64,000 bases of DNA, taken from contig NC_043008.1 of assembly GCF_006345805.1 (NCBI RefSeq), positions 17,856,001-17,920,000 on the forward strand, given 5' to 3'. The notes beneath the pieces were generated by a model that searched no databases, was not told the DNA's origin, and worked only from the letters and a program-made list of their open reading frames with translations. The DNA is from Octopus sinensis (Eukaryota). A program made the translations under genes and the position numbers. This document shows, piece by piece, positions 14,299 through 27,300 of the stretch. How positions within the stretch are numbered: the first letter of the stretch is position 1; the number at the start of each line of letters is the position of its first letter.

Positions 14299-14690
14299 CG
14301 ACGGGCTTCTTTCAGTTTCCATCTACCAAATCCACTCACAAGGCTTTGGTCAGTCCGAGGCTATAGCAGAAGACACTTGCCCAAGGTGCCACGCAGTGGG
14401 ACTGAGCCCGGAACCATGTGGTTCGTAAGCAAGCTACTTACCACACAGCCACTCCTACGCCTACATATATGTTCATATATGCCAATATTTACATATTGAC
14501 ACGCGTTCATCTCATCCGGATTTATGGTGTAAAACAAATGCGTAATGCCAATCTTGTTGCCGATAATACATGTCACGGAAATCATGAATAAAATATAAAA
14601 AATCACTATTACTCAGTATTTCCAGTCAACTTTAACATTATATAATGCCTCGCTGACATTTTCTCCACATTTCCATGTGAGGAATACATG
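13042..14690 (-). mobile_element. Decayed mariner (Mos1/SETMAR-like) transposon interrupted by a SINE at 14027-14463
   Basis: LLHDNARPY..HPPYSPDISPIDHHLF (13272-13595) and SLENKPRGRS..HLFKIGKVKKMGRFVSHQM (13666-14025). TIR ttaggttgtttcacatgaaatgtcg after (TA)n, with a degenerate inverse at ~14665-14690. Confidence 0.9.
14027..14463 (-). mobile_element. Family A SINE, full length, inserted into the mariner ORF
   Basis: Reverse complement of the 1239-1680 element; the mariner reading frame continues on both sides. Confidence 0.9.
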
Positions 14691-14784
14691 GAATTTTATT
14701 TGTGACACTAACGTCCATCAACGACTAATCTGCTATATCAATATATAATGCTTAACTTCATAAGCTAAAAAATAATAAATGCGT

Positions 14785-15030
14785 CCTTTTAAAGCCTAGC
14801 CAGGCTCATGGGCCCGGTTTCCTGTTTTCCATGTATGGCACATGTATTCCCCTGGTGGACGGGACGCCAGTGCATCGCAGCGTTACTCATTTTTGCCAGC
14901 TGACTGGACTGGAGCAACGTGAAAGGAAGTGTTTTGATCAAGAATACAACCCGTCGCCTGATCCAAGAATCGAAACCACAATCTTACGATCTTGATGCTG
15001 ACACCCTTACCACTAAGCCACACGCCTCCA
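14785..15030 (-). mobile_element. tRNA-derived SINE related to family C
   Basis: Minus strand ggaggcgtgtggcttagtggtaagg..gtttcgattc..ctgcgatgcactggcgtcccgtcca..ggaaaccgggcccatgagcc. Confidence 0.8.
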
Positions 15031-15224
15031 CTTTAACTTCATATATATTTAACAAAAGTCGATTGCATATTTCGTTAAAAATATGCTATCTTCCTGCAAA
15101 TGCGTTAGATAACTCACAAAATCACCCTCGTAATCTATGAGGTAGCATACGCCTTTAACTGGCAAATTCTTCTTAAAATATCCAGTGTAAAAACTGCTTT
15201 CGAAATTAATCACACAGAAAAATA

Positions 15225-15560
15225 GAAATATATTGACGATGACGATGACGGTGATGATAATTGTAGTTGCTGAAGGAGAGGATGGGACTAACGACATTGT
15301 AGGCGATATCGGATATAGCATAGATAATGGTGAACACAACATTTAGTATAACGATAGTGATCATGATGATGATGGTGAATGTGGATGTGTTTTTGATAGT
15401 GGTTGGCATGGTGACAGAGACGTCGACGACCACGCCACTGATGACGATGTAGGCGGCAGCGGCGGCGGATGGGGTTGGTGCGCTAGACGACAGTTAAAAG
15501 CGATGATGATGAATACGATGATGATGACGACGACGACCATGATCACAACGACCACGTCAG
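15225..15560. repeat. Old degenerate (GAT/GAC)n trinucleotide field
   Basis: Period-3 GAT/GAC/GGT content with many substitutions; no protein-like ORF. Confidence 0.75.
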
Positions 15561-16469
15561 CCACTGACAAATGGAAATAAAATTAGCAAATATTTTAACT
15601 GTCACTATTTATATCCTTATATGCATATCAGTTGATTAATAGAACTAGCCAGATTCTAAGATAGATCACAAGTCAATGAAATTTCACTGACACTCATGCA
15701 TTTCTCACTATTTATATTTAATTTTCAAATTGCTCGAAGGCGTCTCAGCATATTGTCAACTTCGTCTACCTATTTACTAATATAATATATTTCTGTATGT
15801 ATTCCTCAGATACGATTGGTTTGTTATAAATATACATATTCTCTACTGGAACAGATATAACATGAAGCAGAGTTTTCCAATATTACTTATATTTTCCATT
15901 CAGCATAATTTTTATTATGCTATCAATCATTCAATGCAAAATCTAAATCAGTCATCACTTTATTATAGCTAACCTACAAAAACTCTTGTAAGTGACTTGT
16001 ACAATTAACTTATTCAGACTTTAAATTTTCTCCTGTTCTACAAAACCATGAAGTTCAGTTATGTGAGAAGTTTAAAAATCTACACTAATAAATCCAGATG
16101 CTTGAGAAATTAAACTGGAGTTTTGCACTTGAGAAACAAATGCAAAATTAAGATAGTTTTGATACTGTATTAGTCTTTTGAAAAATAGAAGCCTAGACAT
16201 AGTTGGTAGTAAATTGTTTGTAATTGCTGTTGTCAATGTTCAGTCACTACTCGGTCACGATTCACAAACCTAAGGAGAAAGATACTCTGGCTTTTCAGAC
16301 GTAATATATTTTAGATTCAATTCTCAAAAATGTCATTGCTTTCGACAGATTGCAATTATTATGAGGCAGTATATACATACACGTATATGTGCATGCATGC
16401 ATCTCTCTCTCTCTTTCTATATATATAATATTATCGCTGAAGTGCTATGTATATCCTTGTTGCTTATTT

Positions 16470-16529
<60 letters not shown>

Positions 16530-16590
16530 ATATATATATATATATAAATATATAATATATATATATATAATATATATATATATATTAATA

Positions 16591-16815
16591 AGGCGGCGAG
16601 CTGGCAGAAACGTTAGCACGCCGGGCGAAATGTGTGCCGTATTTCGTCTGCCGTTACGTTCTGAGTTCAAATTCCGCCGAGGTCGACTTTGCCTTTCATC
16701 CTTTCGGGGTCGATAAATTAAGTACCAGCTGCGCCACTGGGTCGATGTAATCGACTTAATCCGTTGTCTATCCTTGTTTGTCCCCTCTGTGTTTAGCCCC
16801 TTGTGGGTAGTAAAG

Positions 16816-16820
<5 letters not shown>
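16591..16820 (+). mobile_element. Family B SINE
   Basis: Same head, core and tail as 12545-12776, in plus orientation. Confidence 0.88.
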
Positions 16821-16855
<35 letters not shown>

Positions 16856-17841
16856 GTATATATATATATATATCCTGTCTCTTCTCTTTTGAAAGAAAAT
16901 ATTTCTCTCAGCGTTCGCTATTTTCCCCTCGTTCTGGTGTAACGACCCTCCATATTTGTTTAGTTCGGTTTCCGTGTATAGCAAAGCCTTGTGCAATGGC
17001 CCTACACGATAACGAGGGGGAAGCCATCATATATATGCATACATATATATATATGTATATATGTGTGTTTGTGTGTGTATGTATGTATGTATGTAGGTAT
17101 GTATGTATGTATGTATGTATGTATGTATGTATGTATGTATGTATGTATGTATGTATGTATGCAGTATGTATGTAAGTATTCTTACACAGATATGTCTGCA
17201 TTAAGAACGGATTGTGGTATTTTAACTTGCATTATTCTTTATTCTAGTTTTTATATGGCTTCCTATATATTAAGAAGACATCCTGCAATTTTAAACTTAT
17301 GGATTACCATTTGCTTTTCTCTATAGAAATAATCTTTATTTAATGCATTACTTTTTGTATTCTGTGCAAATTTGTATCTTAGAAATGCTATAATACAAAT
17401 TCTAATGCACATGGAATTCAGTTTAGACTATCACATACAAACACATTCAGAAAATAAAACACCATTTCGTCACGCACATTCCTAAATACCAATACTTTTA
17501 CCTTTCCAAATTAATTAACTATTAATCTTCATATTAAACTTTCTTAAGATTTCCAATATGAATACAAGTTATATTCCCAAACACCTGTATAACCTAAGTT
17601 TACAAAACAAAACGTTATCTACTTATAGAACATTTTCTATCCGCGTCGAGCGTACATAAAATGCATTTTGGGCACCTGGAACGACAATATAATTTTCTGA
17701 AGCAACCTTATACCAAGACACATTACCACGGTACAAAATTACAGATAGTATTTGTGGGAGTTTGATTTACTGTTGAGTGACTTTTGGCCGAAGCCTATAT
17801 ATGTGTGTGTGTGTGGGTATGTTTGTATATATATATATTAT

Positions 17842-17891
<50 letters not shown>

Positions 17892-18653
17892 CTACAAAAG
17901 AGGTGAGTGTCTGTGTGTGTGTGGATGTATCAATTTATACTTACGTATATATTTTACGTATGTATGTATATGTTTATTTGTATATCGTTAGTTTCATTCG
18001 CATATAAACATTTACTAATAGTGCAAATAAGATTAAATATCTGATTACGTAGACATTAATCGCTTGCACATAATAATATACGTCATACAAATCCCAACAA
18101 CCGTTCTTTTATCTGTGCTATTGTCTATCAAATGAATATACGTCTATGCATACACAGATTCACAAATAAATATTATTCCTTTGAACCGGAATAGCGTCCA
18201 ATCAATTCCAAACTAAAAAAAAAATGTATCTCATGAGAATTTATCTACGCATTAAATAAATTATATATTTTTGCAAAAATGTACGAAAGTTCTGTATTGC
18301 GCCTAGAAACAGACAACGTGTGTTTCTGTATATCCCCAGTTATAACACAATGAGTAATACGTCCACGTTAGAATTTGAACTGTATATCGCTTATTAAGTT
18401 CACAAGCTCTTTATGAGATATCACGAGATACCTTTGTCTAATTCTTTGGGAATAACGACCGATCCCACACCAAATTACGCCAATTGCTTTACAGAAAGGA
18501 ATATTGGCGTAAGATAACCGATATATGCTACAGTGATAAGGGAAGTATCGTTATGGAAGAAACGCCTTTACTAATTTGTGACTTACATTCAGTTGGCTGC
18601 TTTATGATTTACAATGTTCGGATCAGTAATGAAGTAATCTATGAAAGTTTAGT

Positions 18654-18962
18654 GGGATCTTTACGGTTTGAACGGCATCTTTTTTTCTTCAGAAATGTAA
18701 ATAAACCCAATCTGTTTCTTAAACGAGGGACATGTCCATACGGCACAGAATGCTTTTTTACCTCAATAAACGTCAGTGATTAGTTGAAATTGCAGAAATC
18801 TAAGAAAAAACAACAAATATCTTACAAACTATAGACTTTTCTCAGTAAAGCCAAGAGAAAAAAAGATGTTTTATAAACACATTCTACCAGTATACGAAGT
18901 TTAACATTTTTTAGTTACCTAGAAATTATGTTAAAAACTGCCGTTCAAACCGAAAAGATCCC
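18654..18962. mobile_element. MITE with 24-bp TIRs (309 bp)
   Basis: GGGATCTTTACGGTTTGAACGGCA at 18654-18677; inverse TGCCGTTCAAACCGAAAAGATCCC at 18939-18962 (1 mismatch). Confidence 0.85.
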
Positions 18963-18976
18963 ATAAGTGTTTACAG

Positions 18977-19008
18977 GTCATCCCACAGGAATATGGAGAA
19001 CGGAGAAG
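18977..19008 (+). CDS. Weak candidate small exon (32 nt; SSHRNMENGE or VIPQEYGERR)
   Basis: tttacag| acceptor (weak tract, next to the MITE) and a consensus AAG|gtaagt donor. Confidence 0.3.
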
Positions 19009-19406
19009 GTAAGTCTGTCATAGGTATTAAATCGCTGACCTTCTCTAAATGGTTGAAGGAGTGTGGCTAAGGATATTTAAATGTAACGATAGCAGTGTTA
19101 AAACGTGCTGCACTTTAATTCTGCAAATCTTAAATAGGTTTTACAAAGACAATAAGCTTTCACAGCATTTCACACTACTTGGTTTTACACGAAAGGCTTC
19201 GGATAATGTAAAACTATGCGCATAGCAAATTGCCCAGAGTTCCAGTTGGTATATTGAACTGTACCAAGAGATTTCTAGGAAAAACAAAAATCAGCATGGC
19301 CTTAACTGAAAAACAACAACGATCTGTTTTTATTTTTTAAATCCCCTTAAATTGTTTCAGCTTTAAAGCTGCGGCCATGCTATGGTACCACCATTAAATA
19401 ACAAAT

Positions 19407-19455
19407 TTCCATGCCGGGAGTCGAACACGGGTCACGTTGGTGAAAGGCAGGAATC
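19407..19455 (-). pseudogene. 3' half of a tRNA-Glu(TTC)-derived sequence
   Basis: Minus strand GATTCCTGCCTTTCACCAACGTGACCCGTGTTCGACTCCCGGCATGGAA resembles the anticodon arm, T arm and acceptor end of tRNA-Glu(TTC). The D arm and 5' acceptor strand are absent. Confidence 0.7.
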
Positions 19456-21097
19456 ATTGGTTATCTTCAAATTATCTGTCCTATTTAAGATCTATGTTTC
19501 TTTATTAATTTTGGCATTAAACAAAATGATTTTATCTTTAATAAATGGTGAAGGTAGTTATATTTACTATTTCATGATACGTGAAGAAATTTACGGCCAA
19601 TGTGACAGACGGGAATAGCTGTTATAATGCGTAATGACAGGGCACTCATTTAACTCGGAATCAGAACCTCTACATAGGTTTTAGTTAAGTATTCATCAGT
19701 ATTTTATGGTCGTAGGATCTAAAATATCCCAAAACATCAGGAACGTAACTGGTATTTTACGCACTTTTCGTGTTTTATAAATTGTAACGTATGAAAGATT
19801 ATTTTCACCGTCGATTGAAGACATGCTATCTATCTTACCTGATACAACTAAATGAGAGATCCAAAATTTCTAGACATACCAGACAAGTGTCTTTAAGTCA
19901 GACCCTTTACTCTTACACAACTAATGACACATTGAACAACATAATTACAGGTATTCAATGACACACAATGTTAAAGGAAGGACTGTCTTTAATCGTAGCT
20001 TTTCTCGTAGGGTTTCTCAATCAGAATTGAAGATAAGGTGTAGAAGGATTAGCAACGTAAATAACATGACTAACAAATTCACAATCAAAAGCTTTTAAGT
20101 AGATATTACTAAGATATTTCAATTTAAACTAACTGAACACGAAGACAACATACAACCAATAGGAATTAACATCTCAAGTTGTAAACTGTATTTAAAGACA
20201 ATAGATACAAGACTACTTATTGTCTAAATGAAGTGAAATGGTAAGCATCAAAAATCGAAGTATGCTTCCAGAAATGACTTCCTGGAATAATGTGTCTATT
20301 CTTCATCGTTCAAACAATGGCTTCTAGTAAACACAATGCTGGCAATATCGAGAAAGGGTGAATGTAATATATTATATAGACTATACTATAAATCTTGACT
20401 ACAATGTATTGTATTGGCACCGGTAGAATGAATGTCATAATAGACCGAAATCAGAATAAAAAGGGTTAAAAATTCTTCTGCCATTCTGCTGGATTAGCAA
20501 TGGTGATAAAACTCTATAGGTTTTAGAGTCATAATGTTAGCCTAATATAAATATTGGGAATGGACATGCAAGCCTAAATATTTCTATATTTTCTTTGAAG
20601 TTGGCTTCAAGCCGTATATATAATCCAAGGTGGACACGCATGTATAGATAATACAATTAGGCAGAAATATGCATACGTATGCATGCGTCTAACACATGAG
20701 CATTAAATATGCATGTGCATATATCTCAGATGTTTGTGTCTGTGTTCATAAATATGTACATATAAATAGGTATATGTATGTATATATATATATATATGTG
20801 TGTGTGTGTTTTGTATGGATGAATATTCTTTTGTATGCATGTGTGAATGTGTGCATACGCTAGAAATCTGTATCAAGTAAGCATTCACGATTATATAACG
20901 TGATCTTTATCATTCGCATTCAAGCTTACCTACTGGCTTGCAAGTGCATGCTCGCTCAGTGACACGCGGTAATCTCTCACACACATATGCCGCTACATAC
21001 ACTTTTATACACAACAAAAATTCACACAGACACACACACGGGCACATAAATATTTATACATAAATATATACGCATACACACACATATATATATACAT

Positions 21098-21129
<32 letters not shown>

Positions 21130-21440
21130 CCATATCTATATGAATATGCATATACTTATTTCATATCTATACGTATAGCTAACACTTGCTCTTCGTATAA
21201 ACGCATGATGGAGTGCACGAGTATATATATATATATATATACATGCATGGATGCGTGTGTTAATCTATATTTGTGCTGGTCCATCTATGTAAATTCTGAT
21301 TATTCATTTTTATATATGCACATTAGCACGTACACAAACAACAACAACACATTCACACACACACACACACACACCACACACACACACACCACACACACAC
21401 ACACATAATATATATATATTATATACATATATACAAACAT

Positions 21441-21541
<101 letters not shown>

Positions 21542-21994
21542 TACATATTACTCACATGCGTTCTATATGCGTATTAATGTCCTTCGAATACATGCTGTAT
21601 GGAAAAGAGATGCTTTCAGATAGTCTATATTCATCTTTTGAAACGATTCTCTAGATACTTATGTAGCTTCCTGCTTGTGACCTCACCTTTAAACCCAATT
21701 TTTTTTGTTTACCAAACAAATTCTATTTCTGGTTTTATTCCACCACTTACATCAACACAAACAACAACATCCCCATTAAAACAAAAAAAAAATGAAAATC
21801 CAAAACAAAAAATACGCAAAAACACCATATGTATCATATCTTCCATTTATGACACCTATTAATATTGCAGTTTATAATAGCAGCGCTACTATTAGTATTA
21901 TTAATATTTCTATTTATATCATTAACGTTTATTATTCATAGCTCGAAAATTTGCATCTCTTATCATCGTTATTAATATTAATAATATATTATTC

Positions 21995-22076
21995 TTCATA
22001 ATATTCTTCAGGTTATCATCATCATCATCATCATCATCATCCTCATCATTATTATTATCAATATTATTCTTATTAA

Positions 22077-22160
<84 letters not shown>

Positions 22161-22174
22161 CATTATTATTATTA

Positions 22175-22211
<37 letters not shown>

Positions 22212-22229
22212 CATTATTATTATTATTAA

Positions 22230-22271
<42 letters not shown>

Positions 22272-22315
22272 CATCATTATTGTTATTATCATTATTATTA
22301 TCATTATTATTATTA

Positions 22316-22383
<68 letters not shown>

Positions 22384-22488
22384 TATACTCTCATTTTTGT
22401 TCCGCTTTTCGTTGTTCTTCTACACCTGCAGCAACTACACATAGCACTACTATCACCACCAATAATAATAAAAATAACAATAATGATG

Positions 22489-22552
<64 letters not shown>

Positions 22553-22555
22553 TAG
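21995..22555. repeat. Compound (ATC)n(ATT)n tract of ~390 bp plus (AAT)n
   Basis: Direct inspection; source of the poly-Ile and poly-Leu ORFs. Confidence 0.98.
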
Positions 22556-24305
22556 TAATCTTTGTTGTTGTTGTTGATTTTGACCAGCTGTTACGTAGTT
22601 ACAAAGCAAACGCATTTATGGTTGAGGTCAGCGAGCTGTAAATGCAAATATGTTCGGGCTTATTGTGATAGAAATTGTTTTGAGAACCGATCAGTAACAT
22701 ACGAGGAATAAGTACAAAAAAAATATGTAATTTAAAGAAAGGTAAAGGTGCGCAACAACCAAAACACTCATTACAACCGCGGCTTAGACAAGAAAAAAAA
22801 GACAGAAAGGAATAAAAAAAAAATGGCAAATGTAGTAACTCTATCACCAAGGGAACCATACTTTTATACTTTTAAGAATTCGGTAAAAGTGCGTTGCATT
22901 TTATTTTCTATATATGATTGTTTATCATTATTATTTTTTCTACTACGTACAGAAATCTTCATAGTATTTGCATAATATCGTGCAAATAGCCTTAGCAATT
23001 GGGAGATTATGTGTGTGAGTGTGAGTGTGTTTCTGCGCATGTATACTTGTAAATGGAGGGTGCGTATATATGTGTGTGTGTGCATATCCGTACGTATACC
23101 TGAAAAAATGCATATATATGTATATATATATATAAATGTGTGTATATATATTATATATTATATGTATGCTTATATATGTTTATACATATATCCATGCATA
23201 CATATATACATAAGTGTAGTTTAACATATGCATATATGTTTATACACACACACACGCACACAGATATGGTTAATTCTGATTCCGATTCTATGTCCTTGTT
23301 GAATGCTCGTCCTGTGTTTAAGAACTACTGAAGTGTATATGTGCGTATGTGTGTACGCATGTGTATGTGTGTGCGTTTGTGTCTTTGTGTGCGTTTGTGT
23401 CTTTGTGTGTTTGGCCTTATTCTACATCGACAGCAAGATAAAATATGGTTAATTGTTTCCTCCACGTTTTCATATTTACTACGTTTACTAAATACGAGCT
23501 TAGTATTTTTCCTTCCCGTTTGTATTCTTGTTTTGTTTTTTTCTTTTTTTAATTTCTGTTAAGAAACCTTTGAACACGTGCCACAGTTAAAATTCCTTCA
23601 CTCCCAGCATTTGAGACCAACGTTTATCTGCCTGTATTGCAGTTTTCCCTTCGCGTATTTCAAGTCTATTTAGTATTGTCATATAATGGCCATTTATAGT
23701 GTTACTTGCTTTATCAAGGCATTCTGTAGCCACATCTGTAGCTTAGCTATTAGCTGTTATAAAAGCTATATTGTTGTTTATCCTTTCTCCTCCCTTCTGG
23801 TTGTCAATTCAGTTTCTGCTTTGTATTTGTTGGTTTCATGGAAGAAAGGAAGCCATTTTGTTTTTGTCTTTAGTAGCAATTTCTATAAGCTTTTCATTAT
23901 ATTTTCCCAGATATATTTGAACCCCTACAGGGGATATATATTATACGAGAATGCTGGTTGCATTAAGCTTTATGCCCTTTATACTTACGCGATAAATATA
24001 TGCTTTGTATGCCATTTCGACTGTTGTATGCTAAATTTATTATTATTCATTATATGTCTTGCTTTTTGTTTTATATTCTAGACAATCCGACTCGTTTGGC
24101 TGCCAGTTGAGAATATTATGAGTATAAACTATGTCTGGAACAATTATGATATTGATTACTATTAACTATTCTTGCATCTAGCTCTACTTACATAGTAACA
24201 AATTTCGTATATATAACCAATTCTTAACACATTCTATTCATCATATAATCGGCTGCGCCATGTGTACAAATTCGTGCCTAGTGACGAAATCTGAAAATAA
24301 TACTG

Positions 24306-24344
<39 letters not shown>

Positions 24345-24348
24345 GAAG

Positions 24349-24383
<35 letters not shown>

Positions 24384-24401
24384 AGAAGAAGAAGAAGAAG
24401 A

Positions 24402-24780
24402 GTGGTGAGAGGAATGAAACGGTATGGCATATCGTTGGTAAATGCCCGAAATTGTCACAACGGGATTACAAAAGACGACATGATAATGTGCCAAGAATGA
24501 TTCCTAGAGGACTTTGTAGAAATCATGGCCCACAAATGCAAAGATGTGGTAGGAGCAAACCGCAAAATGAGTCACAGCGAATGAAGATTACAAAATTATG
24601 TGGGAGGCAATAATTCAGTGCGATCACTTGACCGGGCATCGGAAACTACCATTTTAGTGGTGAATAAAAAAAGAACTTGCCTGGTTGCAACAGGATTCAA
24701 GAGAAGGAAGAAAAACTGAAAAACTACAACCATTTTGAAGTGGAAAATACGAAGGTTATGGTCAATAGTAATTGGTGCGC
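24402..24780 (+). mobile_element. C-terminal fragment of a non-LTR retrotransposon of the restriction-like-endonuclease type (R4/Dong/NeSL-like)
   Basis: ERNETVWHIVGKCPKLSQRDYKRRHDNV (zinc-finger/RHD motif), then IQCDH..HRK and ..KW..RLWS..IVIGA remnants. Starts right after (AAT)n(AAG)n. Confidence 0.8.
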
Positions 24781-24795
24781 AGCAAATTTCGGGGA

Positions 24796-24948
24796 AGGGT
24801 AAATCGATTAGATTGACCCCAGTACGGCTCGACTACTACTTATTTTATCGACTCCGAAAGGATGAAATGCAAAGTGAACGCCAGTGGAGTTTCAGCGTAA
24901 AGATGGACGAAATACCGCTAAATGTACTTATGATTCTGCCAGTTCGCC
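24796..24948 (-). mobile_element. Degenerate family B SINE
   Basis: atcgactccgaaaggatgaaatgcaaagt core; ctgccagttcgcc head. Confidence 0.65.
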
Positions 24949-24964
24949 AATATCAACAACTATT

Positions 24965-25135
24965 ACAAGAACAACAGCGACAATAAGAATAATAATAAAA
25001 AATAAAAAATAACAAGAACAACAACAACAACAACAACAATAATAATAATAATAATACATAATAATAATAATAATAATAATGATAATAATAATAATAATAA
25101 TAACAATAATAATAACAATAATAATAATAATAATG

Positions 25136-25175
<40 letters not shown>

Positions 25176-25191
25176 TTTGCTGTTGCTGCTG

Positions 25192-25243
<52 letters not shown>

Positions 25244-25250
25244 TATCATT
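24965..25250. repeat. Compound (AAC)n(AAT)n(ATC)n microsatellite
   Basis: Direct inspection. Confidence 0.98.
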
Positions 25251-25506
25251 ATTGCTGTTCTTCTTGTATTTCTATTGTATCTTTGAAGTTAGGCATCAGG
25301 TTGTCTCACATACATTTCTGAAAAATCGGTTAATTTATGGTAGATAATTGTCTAACATCAGTGTGCATTTTATTTCTTTTTCTTTTTACCTAATCCAAGA
25401 GAAAGAACAAATTAATTATGGTTCTAGCTAGACTTTTATGTATTATTTCTACAATGCCTGTGACAGCATGTATGTGTCATTTGTGTTTTTATATTCAAAA
25501 TTTTAG

Positions 25507-25558
25507 GCAGATGTAAGTCATTCTATTACAATGTTCCAGTGAAAGCAACGCATGACAG
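25507..25558 (+). CDS. Candidate internal exon (52 nt) of an unidentified gene; reads RCKSFYYNVPVKATHD
   Basis: ttttag| acceptor, CAG|gtaagt donor. Only one of three frames is open, and it ends in phase 2. Confidence 0.45.
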
Positions 25559-25935
25559 GTAAGTTTTATAGCTTATCTTTCACAGTAAGAGAGAGAAATT
25601 TTACAGTCTTCCAAGTTATGGCAAATTAAAACGAAATTGCGTTTCGCCTACAATACACAAATTGTCGTTAACAAGAAATCAACAACAAATAGACATCTTC
25701 CATCAAAACTTATAATTATCATAGCAATAGCAAGAGTTTCGGATGAGCTAATTCATCGTATTTGTTCCCTATCGTATTTCTTATAGAATTCCAAATACGT
25801 CCGAGGTCAATTTTAATTTTAGGCTTCGCAAAAGAAAGGACCAAAAGAAAGGACCAAAAGAAAGGACCAATCACATAATGAGGCTGATGCAGTTAAAAAC
25901 AAAACTTTGAAGCTAAAACAATATTATTATCATTT

Positions 25936-26192
25936 CTGTTGTGTCTGGGGGGGGAGTCATTTTCGTTTTGTGCCTTATAATTTAACACACTGACCGGTAA
26001 AATTTGCACTTATTTCTTATTTTTATTTTCCTAAAAGTTTCGTTGCATCTTGAGAGTCAAGACTATTGAAAAGGTTGCAAGACGCAGCGACAATTTTAGG
26101 AAAATAAAAATAAGAAATAAGTGGAAATTTTACCGGTGAGCGTGTTAAATTATAAGGCAAAAAAAGAAGATGACCCTCCCTAGACACAACAG
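25936..26192. mobile_element. Palindromic MITE (arms ~115 bp, short spacer)
   Basis: ctgttgtgtct..ccttataatttaacac..ccggtaaaattt..cacttatttcttatttttattttcctaaaa is mirrored by ttttaggaaaataaaaataagaaataagtg..aaattttaccgg..gtgttaaattataagg..agacacaacag. Confidence 0.85.
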
Positions 26193-26289
26193 GATATGCT
26201 TCAAAACACGAACTTATATAAAAATCTTGCAAACCAAATCCAAAAACGAAATTATTATTTCTATTTTATCACAAGTTTTGTAGGAACTC

Positions 26290-27145
26290 TTGGAGCCTTG
26301 CTTGCGTAGCAGGCTTACTACCTGCACCATGCTATCCGTTCTTTTCAGCAATCTAATATTTTCCTGATCGTGTTGCTACGTATTGATTTTGGGCATGGGC
26401 AATAGTTTCATCCACTCTGCTATAGATGCAGCACAACGGCGACACTTGCTCATTCCTAAAGATGCCCTCCAGTTCGTGACCAAAGATTGGTCTTGCGGTG
26501 CCAGTATAGTACTCTCGGTCTCTTTCTTTTGTGTTCCTTTCTTCATCCAATCCTAACTATTTTTTCCAGTAACTTATATTGTGGCTACATGAAATTGATT
26601 GTGTAGTCCCTGGTTGTGCAATTTTCTTAGTGTCCTTTTTGTATTTCTTCCTTTGTTTTTACTTTTTCTCTTTGCTTTCAATACTCTTTATTTTTACTTT
26701 TTTTCCTTACTTTCAATATTCCTTGTTTTTTCCTTTTCTCTTTGCTTGCAATATTCTTTGTTTTTCCTTTTTTTCCTTGCTTTCAATATTCCTTATTTTT
26801 AATTTTTTTCTTTGCTTTCAATATACACCTCGCTCCTAACTGACATAAGTAAGGTTTCCTTACTTTGGGCTAGGTGTCTCATTAAGCTCTAGAGTTCGAT
26901 ACGTATAGCCTTCCACATTTAACAGTCCTTTTCCTCCATTTGCTCTCAGCATTTATAGACGATCAGTGTGTGCACGTGGATGATGGGCTCCATGCATCGT
27001 TAGGGGCCTTTTTTACTTCTTGACCATCTCATTTACCTCATCTGTTCACTTCAGGATTCCAGCGCCATAATTAACAACTGCGACTAGGCGAAAGTCTATT
27101 GCCAAAATTATGTGTGTGGCACTCAGCTTCGAAGCCAGTATTTTT
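26290..27145 (-). mobile_element. Second decayed fragment of the same RLE-type non-LTR family (post-RT to zinc finger)
   Basis: Minus-strand remnants WMKKGTQKKETESTILAPQDQSLVTNW and SPLCCIYSRVDETIAHAQNQY..RS. Degenerate HGAHHPRAHTDRL at ~26960-27000. Confidence 0.75.
26645..26825. repeat. ~27-bp-unit degenerate minisatellite inside the LINE fragment
   Basis: About six variants of tt(t/c)c(t/c)ttgctttcaatattcc/ct. Confidence 0.75.
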
Positions 27146-27179
27146 CTCCCCAAATTGTAGATCTTGTGCCTAAAGTAGA

Positions 27180-27217
27180 AAGGATTATTATTATTATTAT
27201 TGTTATTGGTAGTAGTA

Positions 27218-27299
<82 letters not shown>

Positions 27300-27300
27300 C
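27180..27300. repeat. (ATT)n(AGT)n microsatellite following a family B SINE tail remnant (27145-27182)
   Basis: ccccaaattgtagatcttgtgcctaaagtagaaagg runs directly into the tract. Confidence 0.9.

Noticed and set aside
21995-22615. Poly-Ile/Met and poly-Leu ORFs (also 24953-25321 poly-His/Tyr and 27112-27579 poly-Ser)
   Set aside because: They are translations of (ATT)n/(ATC)n/(AGT)n microsatellites, with no splice signals or domain content.
22589-22627. 39-nt exon-like segment LLRSYKANAFMVE
   Set aside because: Weak gtcagc donor, adjacent to microsatellite, and phase 0-0 does not fit the candidate exon chain.
25831-25870. 13-bp unit x3 (aaagaaaggacca); similarly a 23-24 bp unit x2 at ~3604-3653
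   Set aside because: Ordinary slippage duplications with no spacers, so not CRISPR-like.
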